From a virus (Duplodnaviria > Caudoviricetes): a stretch of DNA of 62,674 nucleotides. This document shows, in pieces, positions 18,049-26,689 of this stretch. The notes under the pieces were generated by a model. That model searched no databases. It worked only from the letters and a program-made list of their open reading frames with translations, and was not told the origin of the DNA. The position numbers and the translations under genes are program-made. The stretch's first letter is position 1. The number at the start of each line of letters is the position of its first letter. The stretch lies in IMG/VR virus record IMGVR_UViG_3300006802_000103, positions 1 to 62,674 of that record. One strand, 5' to 3'.

Positions 18049-18078
18049 AGAGTACCACTACTCAGGGGTGGAAGTCAA
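18049..18078 (-). promoter_or_regulatory. Sigma70-like promoter for the glycosyltransferase operon
   Basis: TTGACT-18-TACTCT, 6 nt before the GTG start. Confidence 0.5.
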
Positions 18079-18081
18079 CAA

Positions 18082-18117
18082 CAAAAAGAAAACCCCCGCC
18101 TTCCGACGAGGGTCTTC
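18082..18117 (-). terminator. Intrinsic terminator
   Basis: GAAGACCCTCGTC-GGAA-GGCGGGGGTTTTC followed by TTTTT on the minus strand. Confidence 0.7.
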
Positions 18118-18147
18118 CAAAATCCACCAATGCCGTGCCTTGCCGAA

Positions 18148-18630
18148 CTAAACAGCCGTATACCGAACGCGAACGCCGACGTACAGACCCGTGCCCGCCG
18201 AAGTCGCCGCAGCCGAACCGACCGAGCGAGCGTTGTAATCCACGGAAATGCAGTCGCCCGCGCTGAAGTAGCACGAGTTCTGATTGACAACTGCGGACGT
18301 GCCGCCGCCGGTCAAAGTCGTCTTCCTCGTCGCCGCCCCAGCCGATCCCGCCATGGCAATCGCCGGGAGGGTCGAGAGGACAGCCGCTGAATTGATATTC
18401 ACCTGCGCGTCAACCGTACCTGACACAAAGCCGGAAGCCGAAACCGCCGGAACCGGGACGCCAATCGCGACATCCAAGATCCGACCTGGGCGGAAAACCG
18501 GGCCGATAACCGCGCGGAGAGTGCCGGAGTTGCCGTGGACACTCGATTCACCGACAAGGGCAAATGTAAACGTCTCCTCGTCCACCGTGTAGCCAGCAGC
18601 CGCGTTTGACAGGAAATTGAGGTCAGCCAT
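18148..18630 (-). CDS. Putative virion decoration / beta-sandwich protein
   Basis: Ala/Gly/Ser-rich beta pattern (FSAGD.ISVD, GLYVGV); late motif TACAATAG upstream; own terminator. Confidence 0.55.
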   Translation of the reverse strand: MADLNFLSNAAAGYTVDEETFTFALVGESSVHGNSGTLRAVIGPVFRPGRILDVAIGVPVPAVSASGFVSGTVDAQVNINSAAVLSTLPAIAMAGSAGAATRKTTLTGGGTSAVVNQNSCYFSAGDCISVDYNARSVGSAAATSAGTGLYVGVRVRYTAV

Positions 18631-18676
18631 GTGTCGCAGTTTTCTCCTGCGACTATTGTATCTCAGCTAGACAGGA

Positions 18677-18790
18677 CTACTTCTCCCGCAACCTCCTAAA
18701 CCCCTCCGCTACCAGCCCGAAAGCGGCTAGTATTCCCATAAGGAGGAGGAATCCGACTATCTCCGCACCCCGGATGTTCGCTAACCCCAT
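18677..18790 (-). CDS. Small membrane peptide
   Basis: Single hydrophobic helix followed by a basic tail; coupled to the upstream gene. Confidence 0.45.
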   Translation of the reverse strand: MGLANIRGAEIVGFLLLMGILAAFGLVAEGFRRLREK

Positions 18791-18984
18791 CAAATCCACC
18801 CCAGACCGCGCGCAAACGCCGCACAACCAGCAGCCGCCAGTGCCGCCTGGACTGCGAGCATGGTGTGGAATCCGAACCAATGTCCGGGCCACTCGTCTCG
18901 TCGGTCCCAGTCGTCCAACACCGCCAAGACCATCCCCGCAGCAGTTGCCAGCCCGCTCACGATAACGCAGATGTCGATAAGCAT
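18790..18984 (-). CDS. Small two-TM membrane protein (leaderless)
   Basis: MLIDICVIV start 6 nt after TACAGT; two hydrophobic segments. Confidence 0.55.
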   Translation of the reverse strand: MLIDICVIVSGLATAAGMVLAVLDDWDRRDEWPGHWFGFHTMLAVQAALAAAGCAAFARGLGWI

Positions 18985-19178
18985 GGTCTTACTGTACCCA
19001 AAACCCGCCGAGAAGTCAACTCCAAAACCGAAAAACCCGCCGGAGCGTGAGCGGAGGGCGGTCTTCTCTCTCTTATTACCAATTCTCTTATTAGTGTTAT
19101 CTGTCTCTCTACTCTGTCTGTGTTTATTATCCGACTCGGGTGGGGTTGTAGGGGAGGGTATCTTTTTCCCCCGAACAG

Positions 19179-19207
19179 TTGACCCAGAAGCCAAAATCGC
19201 CTATAAT
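19179..19207 (+). promoter_or_regulatory. Sigma70 promoter
   Basis: TTGACC-17-TATAAT; ATG 7 nt later. Confidence 0.8.
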
Positions 19208-19214
19208 CCCCGGT

Positions 19215-19667
19215 ATGGCATCGCTCCCCTCGACCCATGTGGCTGAAGTCGGCCCGGTTAAGGTCCAGTTCTTTAACTTCTGCGAGTACCCGGTTGAGCC
19301 GGGACAGGTCGCGCATCCGACTCTCTACATGAACGTCGGGGTTCGCTACGGCGAGGGCCACTCCTTCATCTTCTACAACGTCCGGCTGACCCAGGGGCAG
19401 TTTGTCAACCCCTACTACCGGAGCGGCCCCGCGACTAAGGCGGCGGGCTACGTCGGCCCGGAAACGGCTAAAGCGATTGCCGCCGCGTGGGAGGCAGGTC
19501 CATCCTCCCTGATCGGACGCTGGCCGCTTATGGAAGGCCCGGAGGCGTGGAAGAGACTTTGCTTCGACGTGGAAAGAATGGCCGCGCTGACGAAGAAGCC
19601 GTATGCGATCTTCGAGGCGAAGAAAGAGCGTAAGAAGCGCGCGGCTTCGACTGGTTTGGAAATTTGA
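19215..19667 (+). CDS. Hypothetical protein (leaderless)
   Basis: Start placed by the promoter. Confidence 0.65.
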   Translation: MASLPSTHVAEVGPVKVQFFNFCEYPVEPGQVAHPTLYMNVGVRYGEGHSFIFYNVRLTQGQFVNPYYRSGPATKAAGYVGPETAKAIAAAWEAGPSSLIGRWPLMEGPEAWKRLCFDVERMAALTKKPYAIFEAKKERKKRAASTGLEI

Positions 19668-19691
19668 GCTAATTGAGAAAGGATTATCAAA

Positions 19692-20300
19692 ATGCCTACT
19701 GGCTACACATGCGATGTTGTTAATGGGAAATGCACTGACTTTCCCACATTCCTAATGAGGTGCGCCCGCGCCTTCCTCCCCGACTGCCGCGACTCCTCCC
19801 TGGATTCGCCAATCCCAGATGAGCCGTCGGGGGATGATAGCTACTACGAGAAAGCTGTCGTGGCGGCGCAGGAGAAGCTACAGGGCCTCCTCGCGATGAC
19901 AGATGAGGAGAAGGGTAAGTTGGTCCGAAAGATGGACGCTGAGGCGATTGAATTTGCCCAGAGGGGAATAGCGGAAGCCCGATTGAAGCGACAGCGGTTA
20001 GAGGAGATGGAGAAGGCTGTTGAAAAATGGCGTCCTCCTTCGGACAAGCACCGGGACTTGAAGAAATTCATGCTCGAACAACTACAGCAGACTATCAACT
20101 TTGACAGCTCGACGGATTACTATGAAGCAATTCTGAACAACAAGCGGGAGGCAAGCGCCGAGGAGGTCTGGCAGCGGGAGGTCCTTTACGCCAGTACGTC
20201 GGTACAGCGGCGGGAGGAGGATCTGGCGAATGTGAAGAGACGGCGCGAGGAGGGAAGGCTGTGGATTCGGCAGTTGAAGGAGTCCGTTGCGGCTCTATGA
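19692..20300 (+). CDS. Conserved phage protein (MPTGYT family), coiled coil
   Basis: MPTGYT..F..F.MRCARAF; W.PP...H..LK.FM.EQL. Confidence 0.75.
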   Translation: MPTGYTCDVVNGKCTDFPTFLMRCARAFLPDCRDSSLDSPIPDEPSGDDSYYEKAVVAAQEKLQGLLAMTDEEKGKLVRKMDAEAIEFAQRGIAEARLKRQRLEEMEKAVEKWRPPSDKHRDLKKFMLEQLQQTINFDSSTDYYEAILNNKREASAEEVWQREVLYASTSVQRREEDLANVKRRREEGRLWIRQLKESVAAL

Positions 20301-20314
20301 TACGCTATAGATGA

Positions 20315-20743
20315 ATGGTTCTCCAAGATTTCGAAATCACCCTTTCCCCGCTCGAACCGAAACTGAGCAAGTCCAAGTTTGTCGGCAATGGCCGACCTAA
20401 GGATGAAAAGCTCTGCTACCGGTTCGACTTCTCCTGGACCGGCTCCATCGACGGCTCCGAGGATACCTGGGGTATTAAGTCCAAGGGCTGTCTCCTCTTT
20501 ATCAACCGCGAAGGGGAACTCGACTGGTCCCTCGCGAAGATCGTCACCGGTTTTCGCTCGTATGAGGTCCACATCCCCACGCCGGGGCTGAAGAAGGCCG
20601 TTCTCCGCGCTATCCAAGCTGACCGCGCGGGGCAGATCGCGGCGGAGAAGTTGTTCGCTCACGAAGCGGCGCGTTCTATTGCCAACGGGAAGGACCCGCA
20701 GTTTGTCATCGACGAAGCGGATTTCATCAAGGTCGGGGCGTAA
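20315..20743 (+). CDS. Hypothetical protein
   Basis: 142-aa ORF in the plus-strand gene run. Confidence 0.6.
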   Translation: MVLQDFEITLSPLEPKLSKSKFVGNGRPKDEKLCYRFDFSWTGSIDGSEDTWGIKSKGCLLFINREGELDWSLAKIVTGFRSYEVHIPTPGLKKAVLRAIQADRAGQIAAEKLFAHEAARSIANGKDPQFVIDEADFIKVGA

Positions 20744-21217
20744 GTGGAGGGGATTACCTTAGAGCAGCGGGGGAAGCGGAACACGCCGAAGAGTAAGGTG
20801 GCGAGAAAGCTGGTCGAACTAGTGAAAGAAGGCGCGACCCCAGATAAGGCCGCGCGACTCTTGGACCTGGACCTCAAATCCCCCGACAACTGGGCTATTG
20901 TCGACCAAGTGCGGGGGCTTTTGAAGGATTACGCCGCCAAGCCGGAGTTGGATCGTGAGTTGGTACGGGCAACTCGTAGAAAAGCTATGCTGGAAAGCCT
21001 CCGCCCCGATGCCACCGAAGAAGGTCCCAACTTCGACATCGCGTTGAAAGCCGCGAACCAAATAGCCTCCGACCCGGAAGTCGGCCTGACCGCACCTCCC
21101 CAACCAGTCGTCTCAATCAACCTCCAAATGCTTGAAAATATCCTCGACTCCGTTAAACTGGAAGATGTGATCGATGTAACGCCGGAGGCGGGGGAGAAAG
21201 ATGCCGAGGAAGCGTAA
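20744..21217 (+). CDS. HTH-containing protein, possible terminase small subunit
   Basis: N-terminal G.TP.KAA helix pair, helical body, VIDVTP C-terminus as seen in TerS-like proteins. Confidence 0.4.
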   Translation: MEGITLEQRGKRNTPKSKVARKLVELVKEGATPDKAARLLDLDLKSPDNWAIVDQVRGLLKDYAAKPELDRELVRATRRKAMLESLRPDATEEGPNFDIALKAANQIASDPEVGLTAPPQPVVSINLQMLENILDSVKLEDVIDVTPEAGEKDAEEA

Positions 21218-21425
21218 GGTGAAAGTTCAGATACTCCAACCGGGGCCGAACTTCGATGTGTTCCAACGGAATGCCTGGGATAAGTCCTTCGGGACAACCG
21301 GCTCTCTTGTTTCCGTATCTCGCGACGGACACACCGCTTTTGGGCAACGCCCGAGAGTGACGCTCGCGGAGCAGTTGGCGAACCGTTTGGAAGTTGCGGC
21401 GGAACTGCTGCGGCGGAGGTCGTAA
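21201..21425 (+). CDS. Hypothetical protein
   Basis: Coupled ORF. Confidence 0.5.
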   Translation: MPRKRKVKVQILQPGPNFDVFQRNAWDKSFGTTGSLVSVSRDGHTAFGQRPRVTLAEQLANRLEVAAELLRRRS

Positions 21426-21682
21426 TGGGGTTCAAGAAGTTCTTCAAGGGCGTCTGGAAGGGAACGAAGGAGGTGGCACCGTTCATCCTCCCCGCAGTCC
21501 CCGGCGGCGCGGTTGCTCAAAAGGTGATCGACGCGGCGGATCAGAAGTTCAGTCTTCGCGGTCTGGAGTATGATGCGATTGTGGATAGGCTGTGCCGGGA
21601 GTGGGTGGAGACGAGAGCGCCCGAGGCTTACAAAGAGATCCAAGCTATCGCCCGGATCGAGTCCGCGAAGCTGCCGAAGTAG
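21425..21682 (+). CDS. Small protein with cationic amphipathic N-terminus
   Basis: MGFKKFFKGVWKGTKEVAP; GGAGG SD. Confidence 0.6.
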   Translation: MGFKKFFKGVWKGTKEVAPFILPAVPGGAVAQKVIDAADQKFSLRGLEYDAIVDRLCREWVETRAPEAYKEIQAIARIESAKLPK

Positions 21683-21711
21683 TTGACTTTTCACCCGAAG
21701 TCGTGTAGACT
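21683..21711 (+). promoter_or_regulatory. Sigma70 promoter
   Basis: TTGACT-17-TAGACT; ATG 7 nt later. Confidence 0.75.
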
Positions 21712-21718
21712 TTAGGGT

Positions 21719-22186
21719 ATGAACTTAAAACTAAGACCAATCGAAGAAGCACCAGCAGGGCGACCGCTGCTTGCCATATGGCGTAGTCCATCAGGCGCGG
21801 GCGAGGTTCGAGAAGTCGAATATGCCCTGGTGTCGAAATATTGCGGAGCGAATCATGCTGTTGGCTTCTACCTTATCGATGAACTTATAGAAGCCGCCAA
21901 GATTCTGGACGCGATCACACCTGCGGGGTATGAGTACGACTCGCACGAAGACTCGACGAAATGGCCGAGCGGATTGCACTGCCAGCGCGTCGTGAACTTC
22001 CGCCGCGTCGTGCCGCCCGTGGAGTACGAGTATGTGACGGATGGGAAGATCCGAAAGCCGGAAGCGAACGACTGGGTGCTTGATGATGAAGGCGATGGCG
22101 TAATGGTGTGGAAAGAGGTTCGCCGATGCGTGACGGGACTACTCCCGCCGCAACTCTGCTACCGCCGCATCGAGGTCAAGAAGTAG
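21719..22186 (+). CDS. Hypothetical protein (leaderless)
   Basis: RPIEEAP.G N-terminus. Confidence 0.65.
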   Translation: MNLKLRPIEEAPAGRPLLAIWRSPSGAGEVREVEYALVSKYCGANHAVGFYLIDELIEAAKILDAITPAGYEYDSHEDSTKWPSGLHCQRVVNFRRVVPPVEYEYVTDGKIRKPEANDWVLDDEGDGVMVWKEVRRCVTGLLPPQLCYRRIEVKK

Positions 22187-23046
22187 TGGCCGCACAAACC
22201 CAAGAACAACGCGCCACCGAAAGCTGGGAAAAGGCGCAACAGAATCTCAACTGGGCCGCAATCCACGAAGAGATGGCCAAAACGTCCGACGCCCGTCTGT
22301 CCCCCTACGACTGGGACGACGCTCGAACGGCGGTCTTTGACGGTCTCGAAAGCTGGCTGGGATCGGACCTTTTGAACTTCGAAATCCTGGAGGTTGAAAA
22401 GTCCGTAACCACCCCCCTTGTCCGTGGCGTCTTAGATTTGGTCTTCCGTGTCCGGCCAAAGCCGCTCATTGGTGCATACGCGGCTTGGGCTGGCCGGATT
22501 CTTCTATCGGACTGGAAGACGAGTAAGAATACTCTGTCAAACGACTGGCGCGGGCGGCACATAGCTTCCTGGCAGGCTCCGATTTACGGAATTCTGACCG
22601 AACATGAAAACGGCTTCGGAGAAATGCCAGCGGCCTTCGAGTTCCGGGGAATTTCCCGAGCGCGGGAGACTAAACCGATCCTGTTGGAATACGGCCCCGC
22701 CTCCTCCGACCTCGCCTACACCTTCCTCTATCAGATTGATCGGATGAAATCTACTCTAGGAGACGGGAAGACGAAAAGGTGGCCGCAGAATCGTCCACAT
22801 GCATGTAACGCATACGGTCGAGAGTGCGTATATATTGAGGACTGCGACAACGGCGTGGAGAGGCTGGTTCAAATCGGGACCAAGCCGCTCTCCTACTCCG
22901 GCGTCTCGACATTCATGTTATGTCCCGAGAAGTTCCGGCGGCAGCAGGCTGACGGATCTCAGGACTCGGACGAAACAATCTTCGGCTCCGTGGTTCACGA
23001 GGGCTTGGCTGAAGCGTATCGGCAGGCAAAGAATTGGACACTTTAA
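22186..23046 (+). CDS. PD-(D/E)XK Cas4/AddB-like nuclease, circularly permuted
   Basis: EVEK, RGVLD, DWKT, Q..IY and C-x6-C-x5-C, followed by the LSYS..TF..CP..F...FG..VH module that is normally N-terminal. Confidence 0.8.
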   Translation: MAAQTQEQRATESWEKAQQNLNWAAIHEEMAKTSDARLSPYDWDDARTAVFDGLESWLGSDLLNFEILEVEKSVTTPLVRGVLDLVFRVRPKPLIGAYAAWAGRILLSDWKTSKNTLSNDWRGRHIASWQAPIYGILTEHENGFGEMPAAFEFRGISRARETKPILLEYGPASSDLAYTFLYQIDRMKSTLGDGKTKRWPQNRPHACNAYGRECVYIEDCDNGVERLVQIGTKPLSYSGVSTFMLCPEKFRRQQADGSQDSDETIFGSVVHEGLAEAYRQAKNWTL

Positions 23047-23050
23047 CAAA

Positions 23051-23506
23051 ATGACACCCGAACTTCGAGATTCATACAAAATCGACCGCACTGGTTGGGC
23101 TTCCGGTCCCTGGGATGGAGAACCGGATCGAATCGACTTCACCCACGCCGGATTGAACTGCCTGATGCTCCGCGCACGATCTGGTCACTGGTGCGGTTAC
23201 GCTGGTTTGCCGCCGACGCACAAACTGCACGGGAAAGACTACTGGGGCGTCGATGTTGACTGCCACGGCGGTTTGACGTATGCTGATGCGTGCGCCGGGA
23301 ATATCTGCCACGTCCCCGCGCCGGGAGAACCGGAACATCTCTGGTGGTTCGGTTTCGACTGCCATCATTCGAATGACATGGCTCCGGAAGACACCACCGA
23401 GCGGATGCGGCAGTTCGCATGGGGACGCGGTGGAAGCTACCGAGACGCTGGATACGTCCGTCGGCAAACGGAAAGGCTCGCAGAACAACTCAAGGAACTG
23501 AATTAA
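23051..23506 (+). CDS. Conserved phage protein (WCGY / HGGLTY / WWFGFDC family)
   Basis: GHWCGY, DCHGGLTY, WWFGFDCHH..D motifs. Confidence 0.75.
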   Translation: MTPELRDSYKIDRTGWASGPWDGEPDRIDFTHAGLNCLMLRARSGHWCGYAGLPPTHKLHGKDYWGVDVDCHGGLTYADACAGNICHVPAPGEPEHLWWFGFDCHHSNDMAPEDTTERMRQFAWGRGGSYRDAGYVRRQTERLAEQLKELN

Positions 23507-23511
23507 AGAAA

Positions 23512-24510
23512 ATGACACTAACAACACCAAAACCACAAACCCCCGCGCAACCCGCGCCCAAGACGGCTGATGAGTTCAAAGCGGGAGGCGTTTCGGCAGT
23601 CCGAGCACCTCGCGTACTCGTTCGCCGCCTTTCCGACCCGTCGAAGACCGGATTGCGTATTATGCTTTTCGGCCCCGCCGGATCGGGTAAAACGTACTTC
23701 GTCAAGGACCTCTTGAAGAACGGCTGGAAAGTCCTCTTCATCTCCACCGACATCGGCGGCTCCGGCACTTCCGCACTGGAAGCCCCGCTGCGCCGCGAAG
23801 GTGCTGGTTTCGCGCTCGATAACAGCGTCGATGTCACGGTTAACGGCTTCGAGGACCTCCAATCCTTCATCCGCAAACCCGCCGACTATCTCAAGCCCGC
23901 CGGGATCGATCTTCACTCCTGGGACCCGGATATCGTCTACTGGGACGGATTCGGCGCATTCCAGCAGATTGAGATTTCCGAATTCGTCGGCTCGATGGAA
24001 GCGGAATCGAAGAAGGGTCCGAGCGAACAGCGGGGGTCGGGGCTGAAGCTCGAACAGAGCGACTGGGGCCTCGTCCGCAACGCCACCATCCGCATCCTGG
24101 ATGAATTCTGCGCCATGCACAACCCGAAGACTGGGAAGGTGTGGCACAAGATCGTCTCCGTACACGAGAGCGTCAAATCGAAGGAAATCGCCCCCGGCAA
24201 AACCAGCCTCGCGGAGTCCAAGGAGCCGCTGCTGACCGGTGCGGGTGGGATCCTGGCGCGCGGCGCTTTCGATCTCATTCTGAAGACCCAAGTCCGCAAG
24301 GCGAAACCGAACGAAGAGGGCGATGGCGGCGGGCGCGTCTTTGAATATGTGGTCTCCGGCCACGAAAATCTGGCTGCGAAGAATCGCGGCTTCGACTTCG
24401 GCCCCGATGCAGTGATTCCCGGCAACGGCTACGAGGTCTTTCAAAAGATGCTCCAGCAGCGCGGGTTCACCAAAGATCAAATCGACGAAAAATTGAAGTC
24501 CAGCAGTTGA
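23512..24510 (+). CDS. AAA_24 / Sak4-like ssDNA-annealing ATPase
   Basis: GPAGSGKT, VYWDG, DWG, VHE, AKNR; lies between the nuclease and SSB. Confidence 0.8.
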   Translation: MTLTTPKPQTPAQPAPKTADEFKAGGVSAVRAPRVLVRRLSDPSKTGLRIMLFGPAGSGKTYFVKDLLKNGWKVLFISTDIGGSGTSALEAPLRREGAGFALDNSVDVTVNGFEDLQSFIRKPADYLKPAGIDLHSWDPDIVYWDGFGAFQQIEISEFVGSMEAESKKGPSEQRGSGLKLEQSDWGLVRNATIRILDEFCAMHNPKTGKVWHKIVSVHESVKSKEIAPGKTSLAESKEPLLTGAGGILARGAFDLILKTQVRKAKPNEEGDGGGRVFEYVVSGHENLAAKNRGFDFGPDAVIPGNGYEVFQKMLQQRGFTKDQIDEKLKSSS

Positions 24511-24535
24511 CTTCTTCCGCGAAATGAAGTAAGCT
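24507..24535 (+). promoter_or_regulatory. Sigma70 promoter
   Basis: TTGACT-17-TAAGCT upstream of the SSB-like gene. Confidence 0.65.
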
Positions 24536-24591
24536 AATAACAGTTGAGAGACGGGGGCACGGCCCCCAACTACTAAAGGAAATACACAAAA

Positions 24592-25332
24592 ATGTCAGCA
24601 CAAGCACAAGCTGTTGAGTTGGATCTCGGTTTCGCGGCGGTTCCGCCGATGCCGACGAAGTTTTGCAAGGGCCGGGTTTCGGAAGTCGGTGAGGCGAAGG
24701 TCTCTGAATACTCCCCCGGCTTCCTCCAGTGGCCGATCACGATTGATGGTTATGGAGCCGCGCCGCGCGCGTGGTTCTACCTCGAACTGGCCCCGGATTG
24801 GATTCATCTGAAGGCGGACGGCACCCCGTTCAACCCCGCGACGGATATCAATTTTGAGTCGAAGGAAGAGACCAACCGACACAATCGCACCTGGAACAAG
24901 AATGTGAACGCGAAGGATTCGGTCGCGGCGCTTCTGGCCTTCTGCGGTTGCGATAAGTCGGTTCAGGCGGCTTTGATTACCGAACTCCGCCAGATTCCGG
25001 CACCCCCGGTCACGAAGGTCGATGGTGAAGAAGTTGTTCAGATCGAGGAATTCGCGCGGCAGGTCACGGACACCCTCCGGAACCACATTGTCGGCAACGA
25101 CTTCGGCTACACTCTCGTTCAAGCCCAGACCAAAGCGGGCGTGAAGGAGAACGGGAAACCGAACTACATCCCGACGAACAAGTACAAGATCGGCGACTCC
25201 TACTACAACGTCGGCGATGCCTTCTTCGATGTCAACAACGAGAAGTTCGTTGAGTCGCTCCGGAAGAAGTGCGCGAAGGAAGGGAACGAGGGTAAGTATC
25301 AGTTCCTCGTTGACGAAGAGGTCGCTTTCTAG
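24592..25332 (+). CDS. Putative single-stranded DNA-binding protein
   Basis: Follows the Sak4-like gene; beta-rich N-terminus; acidic/aromatic tail DEEVAF. Confidence 0.6.
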   Translation: MSAQAQAVELDLGFAAVPPMPTKFCKGRVSEVGEAKVSEYSPGFLQWPITIDGYGAAPRAWFYLELAPDWIHLKADGTPFNPATDINFESKEETNRHNRTWNKNVNAKDSVAALLAFCGCDKSVQAALITELRQIPAPPVTKVDGEEVVQIEEFARQVTDTLRNHIVGNDFGYTLVQAQTKAGVKENGKPNYIPTNKYKIGDSYYNVGDAFFDVNNEKFVESLRKKCAKEGNEGKYQFLVDEEVAF

Positions 25333-25377
25333 CATTCACGGCGGGGGTTACTGTTCCCCGCATACACAGAGACGAAT

Positions 25378-25890
25378 GTGCGCCGTGAAATCGTCCAAGG
25401 CGGTGAAAAGCCGCCACCTTTTTTTTCCAAAATGCACCTCGACAAAGATGAAATCCAGCAACGACAAACAATCGCGACATGGAAGGCTGAGAAAACCTGG
25501 GATGGAATTCACGACCTCGAAAGTCGCATCGACTATCGCCGCCGGATGGAATTTCTGGACTACTGTCGCGAGGAGCTTCGACGCGCGCAGCGCCTTGGTT
25601 GGTTGTTGGACGAGGAGGGAAATAGCCGACTCGAAGATGCAATCGAAGCGTCTGTCACGCCCGCCGACGTGGTAAGCCGGGTGTTGATACAAAGCGCAAT
25701 CGAGCAGTTAAAACCGCGCGAACAGGAAATGCTAACTCTCTTCTACTTCCAAGGCTGGTCCCAAGCTGAAATAGCCAGGAAGTACGGAATCGGGGAAAGC
25801 CGGGTAAGTCAAATCTTCAAACACGCCTACGGGCGGATGAAAGGGTATTTATGCCAAAGTTCTTCTTCACAGTCATCCTTGGCGCGGTAG
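25378..25890 (+). CDS. Sigma-70 family sigma factor (FliA/SigF-like region 4)
   Basis: AIEQLKPREQEMLTLFYFQGWSQAEIARKYGIGESRVSQI; start may be 25432. Confidence 0.8.
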   Translation: MRREIVQGGEKPPPFFSKMHLDKDEIQQRQTIATWKAEKTWDGIHDLESRIDYRRRMEFLDYCREELRRAQRLGWLLDEEGNSRLEDAIEASVTPADVVSRVLIQSAIEQLKPREQEMLTLFYFQGWSQAEIARKYGIGESRVSQIFKHAYGRMKGYLCQSSSSQSSLAR

Positions 25891-26204
25891 GTTTGGCAGC
25901 GCAGGATTCAGTCACGCTCACGGTTACCGAGGGAGGGGTGGCGAAAACCACCACCATCACCGGGAACGCCGCGACGGAGACGATTAAGGTTTTGAAACAC
26001 CTGAACGGCGTGTTTAACACTGGCGAGACGACTGTCATCCAGGCCATCCGCCGTCTTGTATACCTTCAGATTCAAGCCAATGCGTATGAAGCCACCGGGA
26101 CCGCTATCAAAGCCGCGACCGATGCGGAGAAGCAGGCGGCTACAGCGCGCGTGGCGGCTGAGAAGACCCTAGAGACGGGGTTCCTGACCGCGCCGGTTCA
26201 GTGA
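25851..26204 (+). CDS. Secreted protein (Sec signal)
   Basis: MPKFFFTVILGAVGLAA-QD signal peptide. Confidence 0.6.
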   Translation: MPKFFFTVILGAVGLAAQDSVTLTVTEGGVAKTTTITGNAATETIKVLKHLNGVFNTGETTVIQAIRRLVYLQIQANAYEATGTAIKAATDAEKQAATARVAAEKTLETGFLTAPVQ

Positions 26205-26243
26205 GTTTTCTGTGTTCAAAACTGAGAAAGGAGAACAATCAAA

Positions 26244-26456
26244 ATGCCACGTCGTCCTCAGAACGTAGTTGACCGCTTCGTCGGTGACTACTCCAATCTG
26301 ACCGAGAGCGAGCGCACGCAGGTCAACGCCGCTATTCGCGGTTATGACATTGCAACCGGAACCACCGGCTCAATTTCGAAAGCAGCGCCTCGCCGGGTTC
26401 GCAATTCGCGAATTTCGAATTCAGGCGTAACCTCCGGCCAGTCGTCCGCGTCCTAG
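26244..26456 (+). CDS. Hypothetical protein
   Basis: AAAGGAG SD. Confidence 0.6.
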   Translation: MPRRPQNVVDRFVGDYSNLTESERTQVNAAIRGYDIATGTTGSISKAAPRRVRNSRISNSGVTSGQSSAS

Positions 26457-26562
26457 TTTGTGAAGGCGGTTTTGGAATAACAGTTCCAACTAGCAGAAGC
26501 CCACTGGCTGCCTTCTCCCTCTCCCTAAAATGGCCGTAAAAAGCCAAAACTGCAACCAACTG

Positions 26563-26597
26563 AAAGCCCCGTATTCCCCCGTGCGGGGCTTTTCTCT
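26563..26597 (+). terminator. Intrinsic terminator-like hairpin immediately before the tRNA
   Basis: AAAGCCCCGTA-TTCCCCCG-TGCGGGGCTTTT. Confidence 0.65.
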
Positions 26598-26599
26598 TC

Positions 26600-26677
26600 G
26601 CGAAGGTAGCTCAAATTGGATAGAGCAGCGGTCTGCCAGTCCGCAGGTTCTCGGTTCGAATCCGAGTCTTCGCTCCA
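26600..26677 (+). tRNA. tRNA-Gly (GCC)
   Basis: Acceptor GCGAAGG/TCTTCGC, D-arm GCTC/GAGC, loop CT-GCC-AG, GGTTCGAATCC T-arm, U73, encoded CCA; U-U mismatch at the base of the anticodon loop. Confidence 0.9.
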
Positions 26678-26689
26678 ATTTCTAAAGCT

